Shown: positions 25,310-37,160 of the stretch, piece after piece | How the letters are laid out: each line of letters starts with the position of its first letter | Position numbering within the stretch: position 1 is the first letter of the stretch | DNA from: Carcharhinus longimanus | Taxonomy: Eukaryota | Length of the DNA: 64,000 bases | Reading direction: 5' to 3' | NCBI GenBank assembly: GCA_030264375.1 | Contig: JASCQW010000098.1 | Coordinates: 61,888,238-61,952,237, forward strand | Program-made: the position numbers and the translations under genes | The notes under the pieces: model-generated | Database searches by the model: none | What the model was told of the DNA's origin: nothing | What the model saw: the letters and a program-made list of their open reading frames with translations, nothing else

Positions 25310-25620
25310 GGCTGTTGGTGTTGCAGAGGAAGGTAACGTTTATTGCCAACTCTAGAAACTGTCTTGTTAGCTGACTTCAGAGGAGAGTTAAGAATCACTC
25401 ACATTGGTGTGCTGTAACATGTGGACCAAAACAGGTGAAGAGAGCAGATTCCCTTCCCTGGAGGATATTAGTGAATCTGCTGAGGTTTTTACAATAGGGT
25501 CTCGTGGTCACTTTTACACACACCTACTTTTTATTTCCATTTTTTAAATTGAATTCAAATACTCAACATGTACGGTGAGGTTTGAACGCACATTCTTCAG
25601 ACTATTAGACCAATAACGTT
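25310..25620 (-). mobile_element. Old SINE family B copy
   Basis: gttaagaatcactcacattg...cagattcccttccctggaggatattagtgaa...ttgaattcaaat. Confidence 0.65.
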
Positions 25621-26317
25621 ACAACTACAGTACTGAACTATTTCTATGTCTGAATGTGTGTACATATAAAATCAGGCATTAAATTGATGCAATAATATCA
25701 ATGAAAAAGGTCTGCAAAGGGAGAGTGTTTTAAAATTGAAGTAATCTCTAAAATCTAAATATTGCTCTGCTGTCATCTTAACATTTCCCACACATGTCCT
25801 ATTTCCCCTGTTTGCGTCTAGTACCCAACCTCCCTATTCACTCTCCATTGTATCCTGCATTGTGACGTTTCTTGTCTTCATGCACATTTTTGGCATTTCT
25901 GTGGTCAGTGTGGCTCTGAACTTTTCTCTCTTCCTTCTACCCTAAATATTTTACCGTGCACACATCGCTTCAGTGTTGAAGTCAAAGTAGTAATTTCACG
26001 ATTCACCACGCCAGAGTACTGGATCAAGCAATTACTTCTCAAAACTCAGCAGACCGTGCCCTCCTCTACTTCATTCTTCCCAGGACCTCAAAACTCGGAG
26101 GATTCTTAACTCCATCAGACTTTTCTTCCTACCACAGGCATGAAACTTCTAAACCTTACTGTCAACTAATCTCGACCTCATTATTTACCTCATAATCTGT
26201 TTCATTCTTGCTAGGGTCCTGCACCAGAGTCCTTGGCCTTGTATATCCAAAAGGATATGTGATTGTTAAAAGCAGATTAAAAAGAGCCTTATTTCCAAAA
26301 TGTCTACTATTGGACTC

Positions 26318-26412
26318 GCTGACTTAAAACGTTCACCCTACCTTTCTCTCCCCACAGATGCTGTCTGATCTGCTGAGCATATCCAGTATTACCATTTTTT
26401 TGTTCCAAATTT
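26318..26412 (+). mobile_element. Fragment of the fold-back Penelope-derived family also seen at 51826 and 61932
   Basis: aaaacgttcac...tctctccccacagatgctgtctgatctgctgagcatatccagtatt. Confidence 0.5.
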
Positions 26413-29342
26413 TCGTTTTATGTCTTTTTTTAAAATTACGTATACGAGTTCAATTGTGGTTCAAGGTTCTGGTGTCACACAAGCTGTGTGTGCGTGCTCC
26501 TATGTCTCCTCTTTCCGGGTAAGCTATTCAAACATGAGGCACCTTTATGTGTTCGCTCTTTTGAAGTCTAGGTATGCCATTTAACTATTTATTTCAGCTC
26601 CATTCTAGTTTCTTACAGAAACTGGCCACCCATTTCGATGATGTGTTGGTTCATTTAAAATTCCATATATGCTCACCCAACATTTCCCCGAGAGAAGCTG
26701 TGAAGAAGTGAATCTCTCTGTTATTGCAAACTCTCGGCGTGTCATCTGTTCGAGGTGCATGGGTGGTTTAATATTTGGCCAACTCTCAAGCCTATTTTGT
26801 GTAGTTTTTTTGTAGATTTTAGGTTAATAATATGTTGCAATGCACTCGGGATGTTCGGACCTTCGTTGTATGGATTTGAGTTTTCATATTATTTGAGTGC
26901 TTATCTCTTTCTGAATCACACTGATTACAACACATTGCATTTTCCCCGTCCCCCCAGGTTATTGCCCGTGTCTTTGCTGACAGGCTACACTCTTCTGACT
27001 CTGTGGCCCATATTCGGCAGCTGCAGCTGTCAAGCCTTTCTCCTGGTCCGTGCTTGAAGTCATTGGATGCTGGGGTGCCCTATTTCGAATATGGACTGTA
27101 CCCCCATGTACTTATGGTTTGGCGTGGTTGCAGTGAAGTTCGGGTGAGGTCCAAGACTTGAGATAATGTAGGTTTTAGTGTTTATCTTAAGAGAACAGGT
27201 TACTTTGGCTTTCCCTTTCTCGGCAATCCAATTTTATTAGGATTTACTATCATTTGTGCGCGGGAATCCCTCGGGAAATAATGCTTTGATTAATGTAATC
27301 CTAGGCAGGGATACGCCACATGCCCGGCTCCCAGGGGATGAGCCCTGTTTGACAAACAAAAACAGTACAGCCACGCCGAGTGCAACTATTACAATCCGCA
27401 CCCCACTCCCGGAGACGCACTGGAACATTTGAACAATGAGCAGAAGTAAAAGGGCAGCCACCGAGGCTGCAGCTGACTGCGGGGGTACAGAACCGCAAGC
27501 CCACATTTAACCGGTCAATTCACAGAAAAACTGCAACAAAAAGATCCACCGGCTTAATACATGTTCCAAATCCCTCACCGGCTGCGTTTGAAAAGAAAGG
27601 GGGCACATTTGAATTTTTGGGCTAATATCACCCGTCAAAGAACCTTGCAACCGCTGTATTTAAAATAAGAACCCTTCTATTTATACAAGAATAATGTTCA
27701 TATCCAAATGCCACGTGAGAAGCAGCAGTCACATGGCGGGTAATATGCACGTCCCAATATCAAATCAATGCGAAGGTTTCAATAAGAAGCAAATACAATT
27801 CATTCGGCAGGTGTTCCAAATCCCGTCACCAGCAAGTGAACCAGAAACCGCGTGTAAAATACCAAAAACAACGCATAGTTATTCAGTTCCGACTACTGCA
27901 CGCCGTCATTGGCATCACACAGGCTAATGTAATAATTCAAGCTATGTCAAAATGCACAGGGCCGCTGGGAGACATAATACGAATGGGTGACATACACATC
28001 CTGATCTTGAAACAATTGAAATATGTCCCCGGATAGATGTTATCTGGATTCAGCTATCATCCAATGTAAACTCTAATACAAAACCAATATAAATACAGCC
28101 AAGAAACTGGAATGAGTGATAAGCATATTCTAACATGAAACCAGGACACAACAAAGCACCCAGAGCAGTCACGCTGCCATCTACAACCAGAACCCCATTC
28201 TTCAAAATAACATTCACGCTGTCCATGACATAAACCATCTTTTGCCAGCCGGATTTATTCCCTTTAATATATGCTAAGCGCTCACTGCTCCATGCAAGAA
28301 AACACGGTCATATCGAAAACAGCAGCAATCCAAATTAACATCGAACATGCTAAGATCCGTGTCTGTGTCGACCAGTTGCGGCCCTGGTCATTTATTATTT
28401 AACACCAAAACAATCTTCCATAAAGACTTCGCGGCTACACGGTTCCATGTTCGCCTTTCCCTTGTTTAAGAGTGAAAGCCCAAACGGTGGGGAGTTGGGG
28501 GGTGGGAAGGGAGGCAGGGAGGGAGAGGTTCACGTTAAGCAATGGGATGGATATCCGTGTACCCCTTCGGCAGAGAGGGGTTTGCTGCACACGTCCCAGT
28601 CTAACAATTCATAAAATCTAATGTACTGAAATGCAGTAAACATCTGGAATATCACCAACAGTACGGGTTATCTCGCATGAAGGATCAGTCTGCATGTTCA
28701 CTATTTTATTTTTTAACAATTCTGTAAGTAAATTTTATCTTTAAAAACATTAAAATATAGCATCACACAATAAGATGTTGATTCAGTTCAAAAAGCTTCC
28801 AGCTCATTGCCTGATTCGACCACTGCATACATCCATCGAAAAAGATTCACTCCAAAACTTTTCACAAAGCTGTGTACGAGAGTTTTATTACCTTACTCAA
28901 ATGTTCCCCCTGAAACTTACCCCTAACCTGAAACGTGTTAGATGTGAAAGACGCGAAGGACGTCTTCAATGTTCAAATCCTTCACATTTTCAGACTGTGC
29001 AAGTATAAAATAGAATTGTTGATAGTCAATGTAACGCGGGATTTAGATTCAATATACGGTTTGGTGAATCAACAAGTACATTTGTGTGGCGACATTTCTT
29101 AGCAAGTCCCGAAAAGAGCGGAAATGGTTTACGTACTGATGTTTCAATACTTACTTTCCCAAAATGCATGTTTGGAGTGAGCTCCTGTGGTCCAGTGGTC
29201 ACATTTTCCCCCGGTCACTGGCATTCAATCAAAGCTACGGAAAGTTACAGATTCAAAAGAAAGTTTGTCATAATTTATACTTGCTGCAATTTACCCTCAT
29301 AGTGATATTTAACCCATAAATCTTAAAATGTTCATTCGTAAA

Positions 29343-29452
29343 TGCAATATGTATCCATGCATACAATATATTGCAATATATATCCATGTATATAATACAT
29401 TGCAATATATATCCATGTGTATAATACATTGCAAGATATACCCATGTATATA
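29343..29452. repeat. 29-bp tandem repeat, ~3.8 copies
   Basis: TGCAA(T/G)AT starts at 29343, 29372, 29401 and 29430. Unit is approximately tgcaatatatatccatgtatataatacat. Confidence 0.9.
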
Positions 29453-32268
29453 ACGGACTCCCAGAGAAAGTACCAATATTTCACACACACTGAACGAGAA
29501 TATAAATATGTTTTTGCAAGACGGTTAGGTTGTATCAAAATGGTCATCCGATAATCATACAAAAACTGCAGCAGTAAATGTAACACGGATCTGCATCTTA
29601 AAGCAATACACAGTAACAACCTTGAAACTGCTGAATAAAACTTATTTTTAAACAAACGATGCGTTCTGTAACAAACATAAGGGCGCGCTTTTGCTTTATG
29701 ATATCTTATTCCACTAAGTCTAGAGTCGTGCAAACATGTTGCAGGAGCTGAATTCTTCCCTAACTTTTCCTCCGCCAAAAAGTAATTAGCGATGGTAAAC
29801 CACCAAATCATCCCATTGTCGGGAACACCCGTAAGGTCAGACTGTTGGAGGGGTAACGACTTAAAATGGGAACAGTGGCAAAGATAAAACGGTCCGGAAA
29901 CAATAGGAACTATACCATTTGGAAATGTCTGTGAATTTATAGCGAGTATATTTTTCGTCTTCAATAGTTAATGAAACACAGCCAAATGTACTCCTATAAA
30001 CGGTTTAGCCATACTTTGGGACACCGCTCGGTTCTCTGATCTCATCACTCGGAGTTGTGTTAGACGCATATTTAAAATCTAAGGTGCAAAACTCGTTGCC
30101 TCGCATGAAATGGGGCAAACCTTTACAGACAAGAGGAAAATCTTTAACTTCTCTTTGAAAGAAAATCTACAGCAGACGGACTGGGTCGTTGCAGAGACAT
30201 GCACCGTCACAGAGTGGGCAATGGGGACAGTTGGCGCAAATAACGAACATCCCCAGAAAAGATACCTAATCTTAGAGGGGCCGAATCTCGTCTCTTCCCA
30301 CGGCGACAGGCCTTTAAATAATTACTACCGCAAGGTGCTCTTCGTCATTTTCCTCGCGAATACCACACTTCACAAGTCCTTTCCCCTCTTCCAATTCCTC
30401 GTGTTTATATCAGTGTTTTGATATGAAAATTTAATTCAGTAGGGGTCACATGCTCAGCCAATCTTTACCAATCTCAGACTCGTCTAAGTCTACAGGTTTA
30501 AGAACACTTCGCCCGGTTTTCATCCCTCAAAAAGGAGTTGCTTGCCAAGAGCTCGCTTCTCCAGTCGAAATTAAAGTTTTAAATGGGATTTGTCACAAAA
30601 CCATCACTATACTCAGTTATCCACGCTGCGATTGAGCATGAGAAAGTCCACTTCAACGTGCAACTTAACTCAGTGTGGACGCTCTGCCTTTCTTTAATAT
30701 TCAAGCCAAGTGTTACAAAGTTAATTGGAAACTCTTTACAATCGGCTGGGGGTGAATTGAGATCGTGTAGGAAAAAAAATAAGCGGGTACTTTCCTTCCA
30801 CCTTAAAACTTTAGACTAGAAGGCAAAACCGAGCTAGGTAATGAGTAACAGCATTGATGAAAATACATATGTATCAAACCCTCACAACAACAACAAAAAC
30901 TATTGCTTACAGTTCAAGTCGGGGGCAGGCTATTGCATGGAAGTGCCCCATTGAGGGGCTAGAAATTTCTCACTGGTCGCTATTTCTCCCGCCTGCGTTT
31001 TTTTTGGCTTTAGCATCTCTGTACTTAACAATAGATGTAATTTCAAATAGAAATCTTGCTCTCCCCATATATTTTCAATACAGGCTACATTAAATATTTC
31101 ACTCATTTTTTAATATCATGGATCTGAAAATATTTATTTTTAAGGATCGCTAAAATTTCCTAGAGAAGTTGACAGATACGCTTTATAATTAAAATTGGAG
31201 ATCAGGAATCACGCCCATTGCACTCCCTTTTGCATACATGGTTACTATTTTGACTTTTTTTAAGGCGTCACATTTCTCCTGTTTTTGTATAAACTAATTC
31301 TGTGGCTTCTTCTTTTCTCTTCCCCCTCCATGACTGAACTCCGTTATTTCTCTTGCGCTATGCTCTGTCTTTTCACGCACGGCAGTGCTCCCTACCGCCC
31401 ACAGCGTGCAAGAGCAGCATCTACCAAGCGCCGCATTTGCATTATGCGCTCCAGACTCTGCAACTTACAAAATTAACGGCACCCGGGGGGGAATAAACTA
31501 TATGTTTTAAAATGTCAGAATTGGGAATGGAAGACGGCTACCTTTATTGACTATATAGAGAGCTCTATACACTGACTTGGGGTCCCGAGCGTCCTTCCCG
31601 GCTGAAATGGAGTCCTTTATCTAAAGCCGAGTGCACAAACATATAGGTTAATGTGACCACTATTCTTTCCTTTTATTTGGTTCTCTATGGCAACGAAAAT
31701 GCTGTGCGCAGAAATGCACCCCGTCAAGAAAACAAATGATCTTCGGGGAGCAGCTCTACATGGCATCTGTTCCAAAGGGGCACAGAGGGAAGTATGGAAG
31801 AAGGTAAGAGTGAAAATGTATGTGTGTGAGAGAGAGCGAGAGTGTGTGTGGAGGGGTGAAATAGAAAGGACTCTTGATGTGTTTGACAGAGAAAGGATTT
31901 ACGTGCATGTGTGAAAGAGAGAAAAAAATAAAGACTGTAAGTGCGATGCAACAATGTTAGAAAAATACTCATTTAAAAACTTGATTTTTTTGTGACTGCA
32001 AATTCCTTCGATCTGAATACTTTGAGCTACCTTTGTCATTATATAGTGAAAACAGTGAAAAAAGACACTTAAATAAAGACTGTTATAGCAGTCTCGCTAC
32101 ACAAACACTTATGTTGTAAAGAAATCAATGTTTATAAAAAAATTCAATCGCGCTGTGAAAATGGACATAAAATACCTTTTTTCAAAGCTGAAAACGGGCG
32201 TAAAATTCTGTATCGTTATATCTTTTAATGATACACACTACACGTGTCTGAGCGCGTATACATGCAAA

Positions 32269-32292
32269 TGTGTGTGTGTGTGTGTGTGTGTG
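32269..32292. repeat. (TG)n microsatellite
   Basis: Direct TG run right after an octamer motif. Confidence 0.9.
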
Positions 32293-34234
32293 AGTTTGTG
32301 TATTTAAGTAAGCTTGACATTCAAATTAATTCCACTCGTCACTACGCGAATCTTTTTTTGGAATCAATAATGCGAAGTGCCTGGATTTAAAGACGGGAGC
32401 TGCGGAAGAGGACAACACAGTATGAAATGTCAGATTTGGAAAAATTTCTTTTTAACACTTGACCTTGACAATCCAAGTGCTTCCGGTGTGCACCGAGCTT
32501 TACCTTTCTGTAGTCGATGGAAAGGAAAGTTGCCGAAGATGCTTTTAAATGTGGGGAGATGGCGGCCCTATTAGTTTAATGCCTGACGCTCGCACCACCC
32601 ACCTCTCCGGAGACCTCATCCAAGTTCTCGTTAGTTCCTGATTGATCGGAATACAAGGGGCTCGGTTTATAGTGGCTGTGCTCTCGGTGCACGGAGTGCT
32701 CCGGTCTGCACGTCGGTTTCTGAGAGATCATTTGCAATGCTTTCGCGACCTGATTAATGCGAGAATCTCCTATTAATTGGGACCCTGCCGAGTGTTCTCG
32801 ACTTAACGCGTTTCCCTCCACGGTGATAGTGAGGCAGATCAAAAATTTAGCACACACAAATAAAAACGAGCCCAACGTCCCCCGATCCTCAAATGCCCCA
32901 AAATCTAAAATCCAAATGAACCTATTAATAAAGCCTTTTGAGATAGGATACCAGACTTACCAATGGGATGTTCGCTGTTCAAACCGTAAACAGTGTTGAA
33001 AAGTTTCGCATATTCGGAAGGTTTGCTTTGCTTTTTACCTTCGCTCCGAATGGATCCTCGCTAAGATGTGCCCTTGTACTGCCTCTACTGAGCCCGGCTC
33101 TCACTAGTCTATTATTTTCACCAAAATATATGAAAATTTATGCAAATGTAAATCAGTACAAATTGCTCTCTGATGTTTTACTTTTTTTTCTTGGTGGGGA
33201 AACAAGCTTTAGAGGATCTTTATTTTTTTAAAAAAAACAAGATATATTTTAGGTATTTTCCATCAGAACCATTCACTTTTAAGCTTTTAATGGGTAGAAA
33301 TGTGGTCCTTTTAGGCGGTGCATTCCTGTTCCATTAGCCCACCTGAAACGCCTTTAAATGCGTGCACTGTAAAATTCGTAGCAGTAATTTAGACAAAATC
33401 CTCACTGTATATTAATGAAAGAGGGCCCCATGGCACCGCTTCTATATTCCCTATTCAGTGTAAACAAAACCACGAGACTTGGTTTGAGAGTGGTCCAAGG
33501 AAAATCTGCTGGAGAGGAAACATGCTGTTGCGGCTCTGGCACAGACTATTCAGCGTCTGCACCTGGAGATCAGAGATTTAAATGAGATCTGTGTTACATC
33601 TCTGAACTCCTTGGCAGTCGCGGGAAAGCAATAAATTCTTACGGTTGGAGGGTCCATTCAGTCTTAAGACTCCAGAACAGCTCCACATATAAAACGGGTC
33701 TGCTAATCGCCAACAAATAGGTATTTTTTTAAGTATACAGAAATCAAGCGTATGTAAACGTGCAATAACACTTAAATTTCGAACCTCACACTGAAGTCTA
33801 AAGATGTGCATTAGAGGTGAAGGCGGGCGGGGAGGGGGGGGGTGGTTTGTGCAGGGCTCAATGAATCGCTCAGGCAGGAAACTGGCGCATTGGAAGTTTA
33901 CGTTTCCAACGCAAACTGAGTCGGTCGCATTTCTTACTCTCTGAGACCAGACCAACTCAACTTGCCCGTTTGCAAATTGAACCGAAAAGTTTATTCATTC
34001 TGTTTAAGGGATGGTCAACTTGGTTGCTACTTTGGGAGGGAGAAAAAAAACAATCTAGGTATTATCTTGCTTCAGCAAGGCTGGCTGTTGTGGCAGCTTT
34101 TCTGCTTGGTCGCATCTCTTCCCCCCCCCCCCTCCAATGTACCCACCGACACCANNNNNNNNNNNNNNNNNNNNNNNNNNNNNNNNNNNNNNNNNNNNNN
34201 NNNNNNNNNNNNNNNNNNNNNNNNNNNNNNNNNN

Positions 34235-34450
34235 AACCGCCGGAAGGAAGCCTCTCGCCTGAGTGTCGCGGTGGGAAGGTGTCAATCACCCAGCGGGTAG
34301 CCAATCAGCGGGAGCCTCTGGCTGAACTTCCTCCTCTTTTTTTTGTGTGTGGCGAGCGAGCGGGCGCGGGGGGAGAGCGCGGCGAGGCGGCCGAGGTAAA
34401 CACTGGCTATGTGAGGAGGGAGCTGTCAAATCGCAGCTCTCCCAAGTCCC
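34235..34450 (+). promoter_or_regulatory. Proximal CpG-island promoter of the POU3 gene
   Basis: CpG/GC-rich. Contains TGTCAATCA (PBX/TALE, 34280-34288), CCAAT (34301-34305), GC-rich boxes (~34360-34392), GTAAACA (34396-34402) and CTGTCA (34423-34428). The transcription start site cannot be determined. Confidence 0.65.
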
Positions 34451-34690
34451 ACCAGCAGCAAGCAAGCAAAGCAAAAGCAAAAGCAAAAGCAGCAGCAATC
34501 CCACACACAACAACAAAAACTCTCAACAACAACAACAAAAAGCAGTGCAAAAAAAAACCAAAAAGAGGAACTTTAAAAAAAACAAAAAAAACTCACTTTT
34601 TTTGTTATTTGTTATTTGTCTCTGGCAATCAAAACAACAGCAACTACAAAAAAAAGACAAGAGAGAAAGAGAGAGAGAGGGGGAAAAGCC

Positions 34691-34954
34691 ATGGCGACAG
34701 CGACGTCCAATCCCTACATGGCCAGCAATAGTATCCTGTCCTCCAACTCTATCGTGCACAGTGATTCAGGCGGCATGCAGCAGGCGACCACGTACCGAGA
34801 TCCCTCGAAAATGGTGCAGAGCGACTTCATGCAGGGGGCCATCGCCAGCAACGGCCACATGCTCAGCCATGCACACCAGTGGGTGACGGCGCTGCCGCAC
34901 ACCGATGCGGGCTCTCCCTGGTCCTCGGCCATGGCCGGCAGCCCCCTGGGTCAA

Positions 34955-34989
<35 letters not shown>

Positions 34990-35875
34990 GCAACAGGACG
35001 TCAAGCCGTCGGTGCAGGTGGTGGGCCGGGACGAGCTGCACACGGGCGCCGCTCCCCTGCACCATCACCGCCCGCCTCACCTGCCGCCCCACCAGCCGTC
35101 ACACGGCGGCCACCCGGCCGCCTGGGGGGCCACCACCACGGCTCACCTGCCGTCCATGGGCTCGGCCGTGCAGCCGCTCATCTACTCGCAGCCCGGCTTC
35201 ACGGTGAACGGCATGCTGAGCCAGGCGGGCGCGCAGAGCCTGCACCCGGGCTTGAGGGACACGCCGGAGCTGGTGGACCACGGGCAGCAGCACCACAGCC
35301 ACGAGCACTCGGACGAGGACACGCCGACCTCGGACGACCTGGAGCAGTTCGCCAAGCAGTTCAAGCAGAGGAGGATCAAGCTGGGCTTCACCCAGGCCGA
35401 CGTGGGCTTGGCGCTGGGCACCCTGTACGGCAACGTCTTCTCCCAGACCACCATCTGCCGCTTCGAGGCGTTGCAGCTGAGCTTCAAGAACATGTGCAAG
35501 CTCAAGCCGCTGCTGAACAAGTGGCTGGAGGAGGCCGACTCGTCAACCGGCAGCCCCACCAGCATCGACAAGATCGCGGCGCAGGGCAGGAAGCGAAAGA
35601 AGCGCACCTCCATCGAGGTGAGCGTCAAAGGAGCGCTGGAGAGCCACTTCTTGAAATGTCCCAAGCCCTCAGCGCAGGAGATCGCTTCCCTGGCGGACAG
35701 CCTGCAGTTAGAGAAAGAAGTGGTCCGAGTTTGGTTCTGCAATCGGAGGCAGAAGGAAAAACGCATGACGCCGCCGGGAGGGGTGCAGCAGACGGACGAT
35801 GTGTACTCACAGGTCGGCAATGTAAACGCCGACACACCACCCTCTCACCACGGACTACAAACCGCCGTACAGTGA
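34691..35875 (+). CDS. POU3F3: POU domain class 3 transcription factor 3 (Brn1), intronless, 394 aa
   Basis: Strong Kozak context gccATGG. POU-specific domain (~35312-35539, [32 protein letters not shown]) and POU homeodomain (~35591-35770, [11 protein letters not shown]). POU3F3-type residues: [43 protein letters not shown] and C-terminal [21 protein letters not shown]. The class III call is certain; the paralog is assigned from recalled sequences. Confidence 0.92.
34952..34996 (+). repeat. Coding CAG/CAA repeat, polyQ15
   Basis: CAA(CAG)5 CAA(CAG)6 CAA CAG, in frame. Confidence 0.97.
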
Positions 35876-37160
35876 AAGCAGAACATGCAACATAGGCTGT
35901 TTAGACTGGAATTTTTTTAAGGAAAAAAATTAAAAAATAAACAAGGACAAAACGAAATCAACAAGTTCAGGACTATCGCATTGATAGCAAGGTTTTCTAC
36001 TGTGATTGTGAGGCTGGCGATTGCATTAGAATGAGTGCAACAAAACTGCAGATGTCTTTTCCTAAAAAAACAAAAACAAAATCTGATCCCCCCTTTCTCC
36101 TCCGCTCCCCCACCCCCCGGCTTGTGGTGATCGACAGGTGGACCCCCAGATACTTCCAGATAAGTGTGTCTACATTTTGCCTGCTGTTTCAGAAAGAACT
36201 GGTTTATAAAATAATTTCAGATTGGGCCAAGAGAGATGGGATTGGCCGTGGACGCTGGAAAGTGCCTGGTGTACNNNNNNNNNNNNNNNNNNNNNNNNNN
36301 NNNNNNNCTGGCTCTATCAGGTGCATAGACAACACTGAAAGAGAAAACCGTTCATTCTGTTCTTTGAGATGCTGAAGACTATCCTTCATGCAAAACACTG
36401 TAATCTGTAGGGGAGAGAGAGAGAAAAAAAGAGGTAATCCGTACTGACTATCAAAACAAAGACCGGTAAAAAGAAGGGGGTCTTAAAAATACGAAACTTC
36501 AGAGCAACATTAAACCTGCCAGGCAGGGGAAATTTCAAGAGAAAACAATTGAAAGGGTTGATCCAAAAATAATGACAGATGGAACTTTCAGCAGCGAGGC
36601 TTGTTGGAAAAGACAAAAGAAAGACTAGGGGATTTGGGCGAGAAATCGTCCCAGATGTGGCTTTGATGATTGGTTCATTATATTGTGTTCGACCTCATTT
36701 CCCCCTTCCATCCCCCCAAAAAAAAACCTTCGTCCGAATGTTTTCTAATTTCATCTCCAGCCCATTGGAGTAGAAGCATTTTTTAATAAAAAAAGAAAAA
36801 GAGAGAAAAAAACCCTCCACCATCTGCAGCTGCACTTACTGAACTTTTCTTCTAAAAAAAAACCATTGCCAAGTTGAATGAATGGGTGCTGTGGATGCGA
36901 CTGTGTAAAACTGCCATTTCCAAGCAGTGTTCTTGGTAGGTTTCAATATAGACTTTTCAAAGGCGCAATATAGAGTCAGTAGATCAGTTACTGATCTAAA
37001 AATATTTACTTTATATTTTCATCAAAATTGACTTCTTTTAATATTTTATTCAGAATACCTATGAACTGCTGCAAAACGGTAATTTATTTTTTCCCCAGAT
37101 CTTGTATTAGCTGTTTTCAAAACGAGCACAAATAAATGCGATGAAAAAATGGACAGTTGT
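35876..37160 (+). other. Probable 3'UTR with candidate polyadenylation signals
   Basis: AATAAA at 36785-36790 and 37131-37136 (others lie nearby). AT-rich and free of interspersed repeats. Confidence 0.5.

Noticed and set aside
29332-29964. 210-aa minus-strand ORF
   Set aside because: Non-ATG start, no domain, and its tail derives from the 29-bp tandem repeat.
34616-34690. 25-aa N-terminal extension of the POU ORF in the track
   Set aside because: It starts at TTG in low-complexity sequence. The family N-terminus MAT(A/T)xSN begins at ATG 34691 in strong Kozak context.
33970-34886. 253-aa and 179-aa ORFs over the promoter and leader
   Set aside because: One spans an N gap, both are low-complexity A-rich sequence, and neither has an ATG start.
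34879-35895. 338-aa alternative-frame ORF and antisense ORFs (34766-35092, 35182-35835)
   Set aside because: These are expected shadows of a CDS with very high third-position GC, have no ATG start or recognisable domain.
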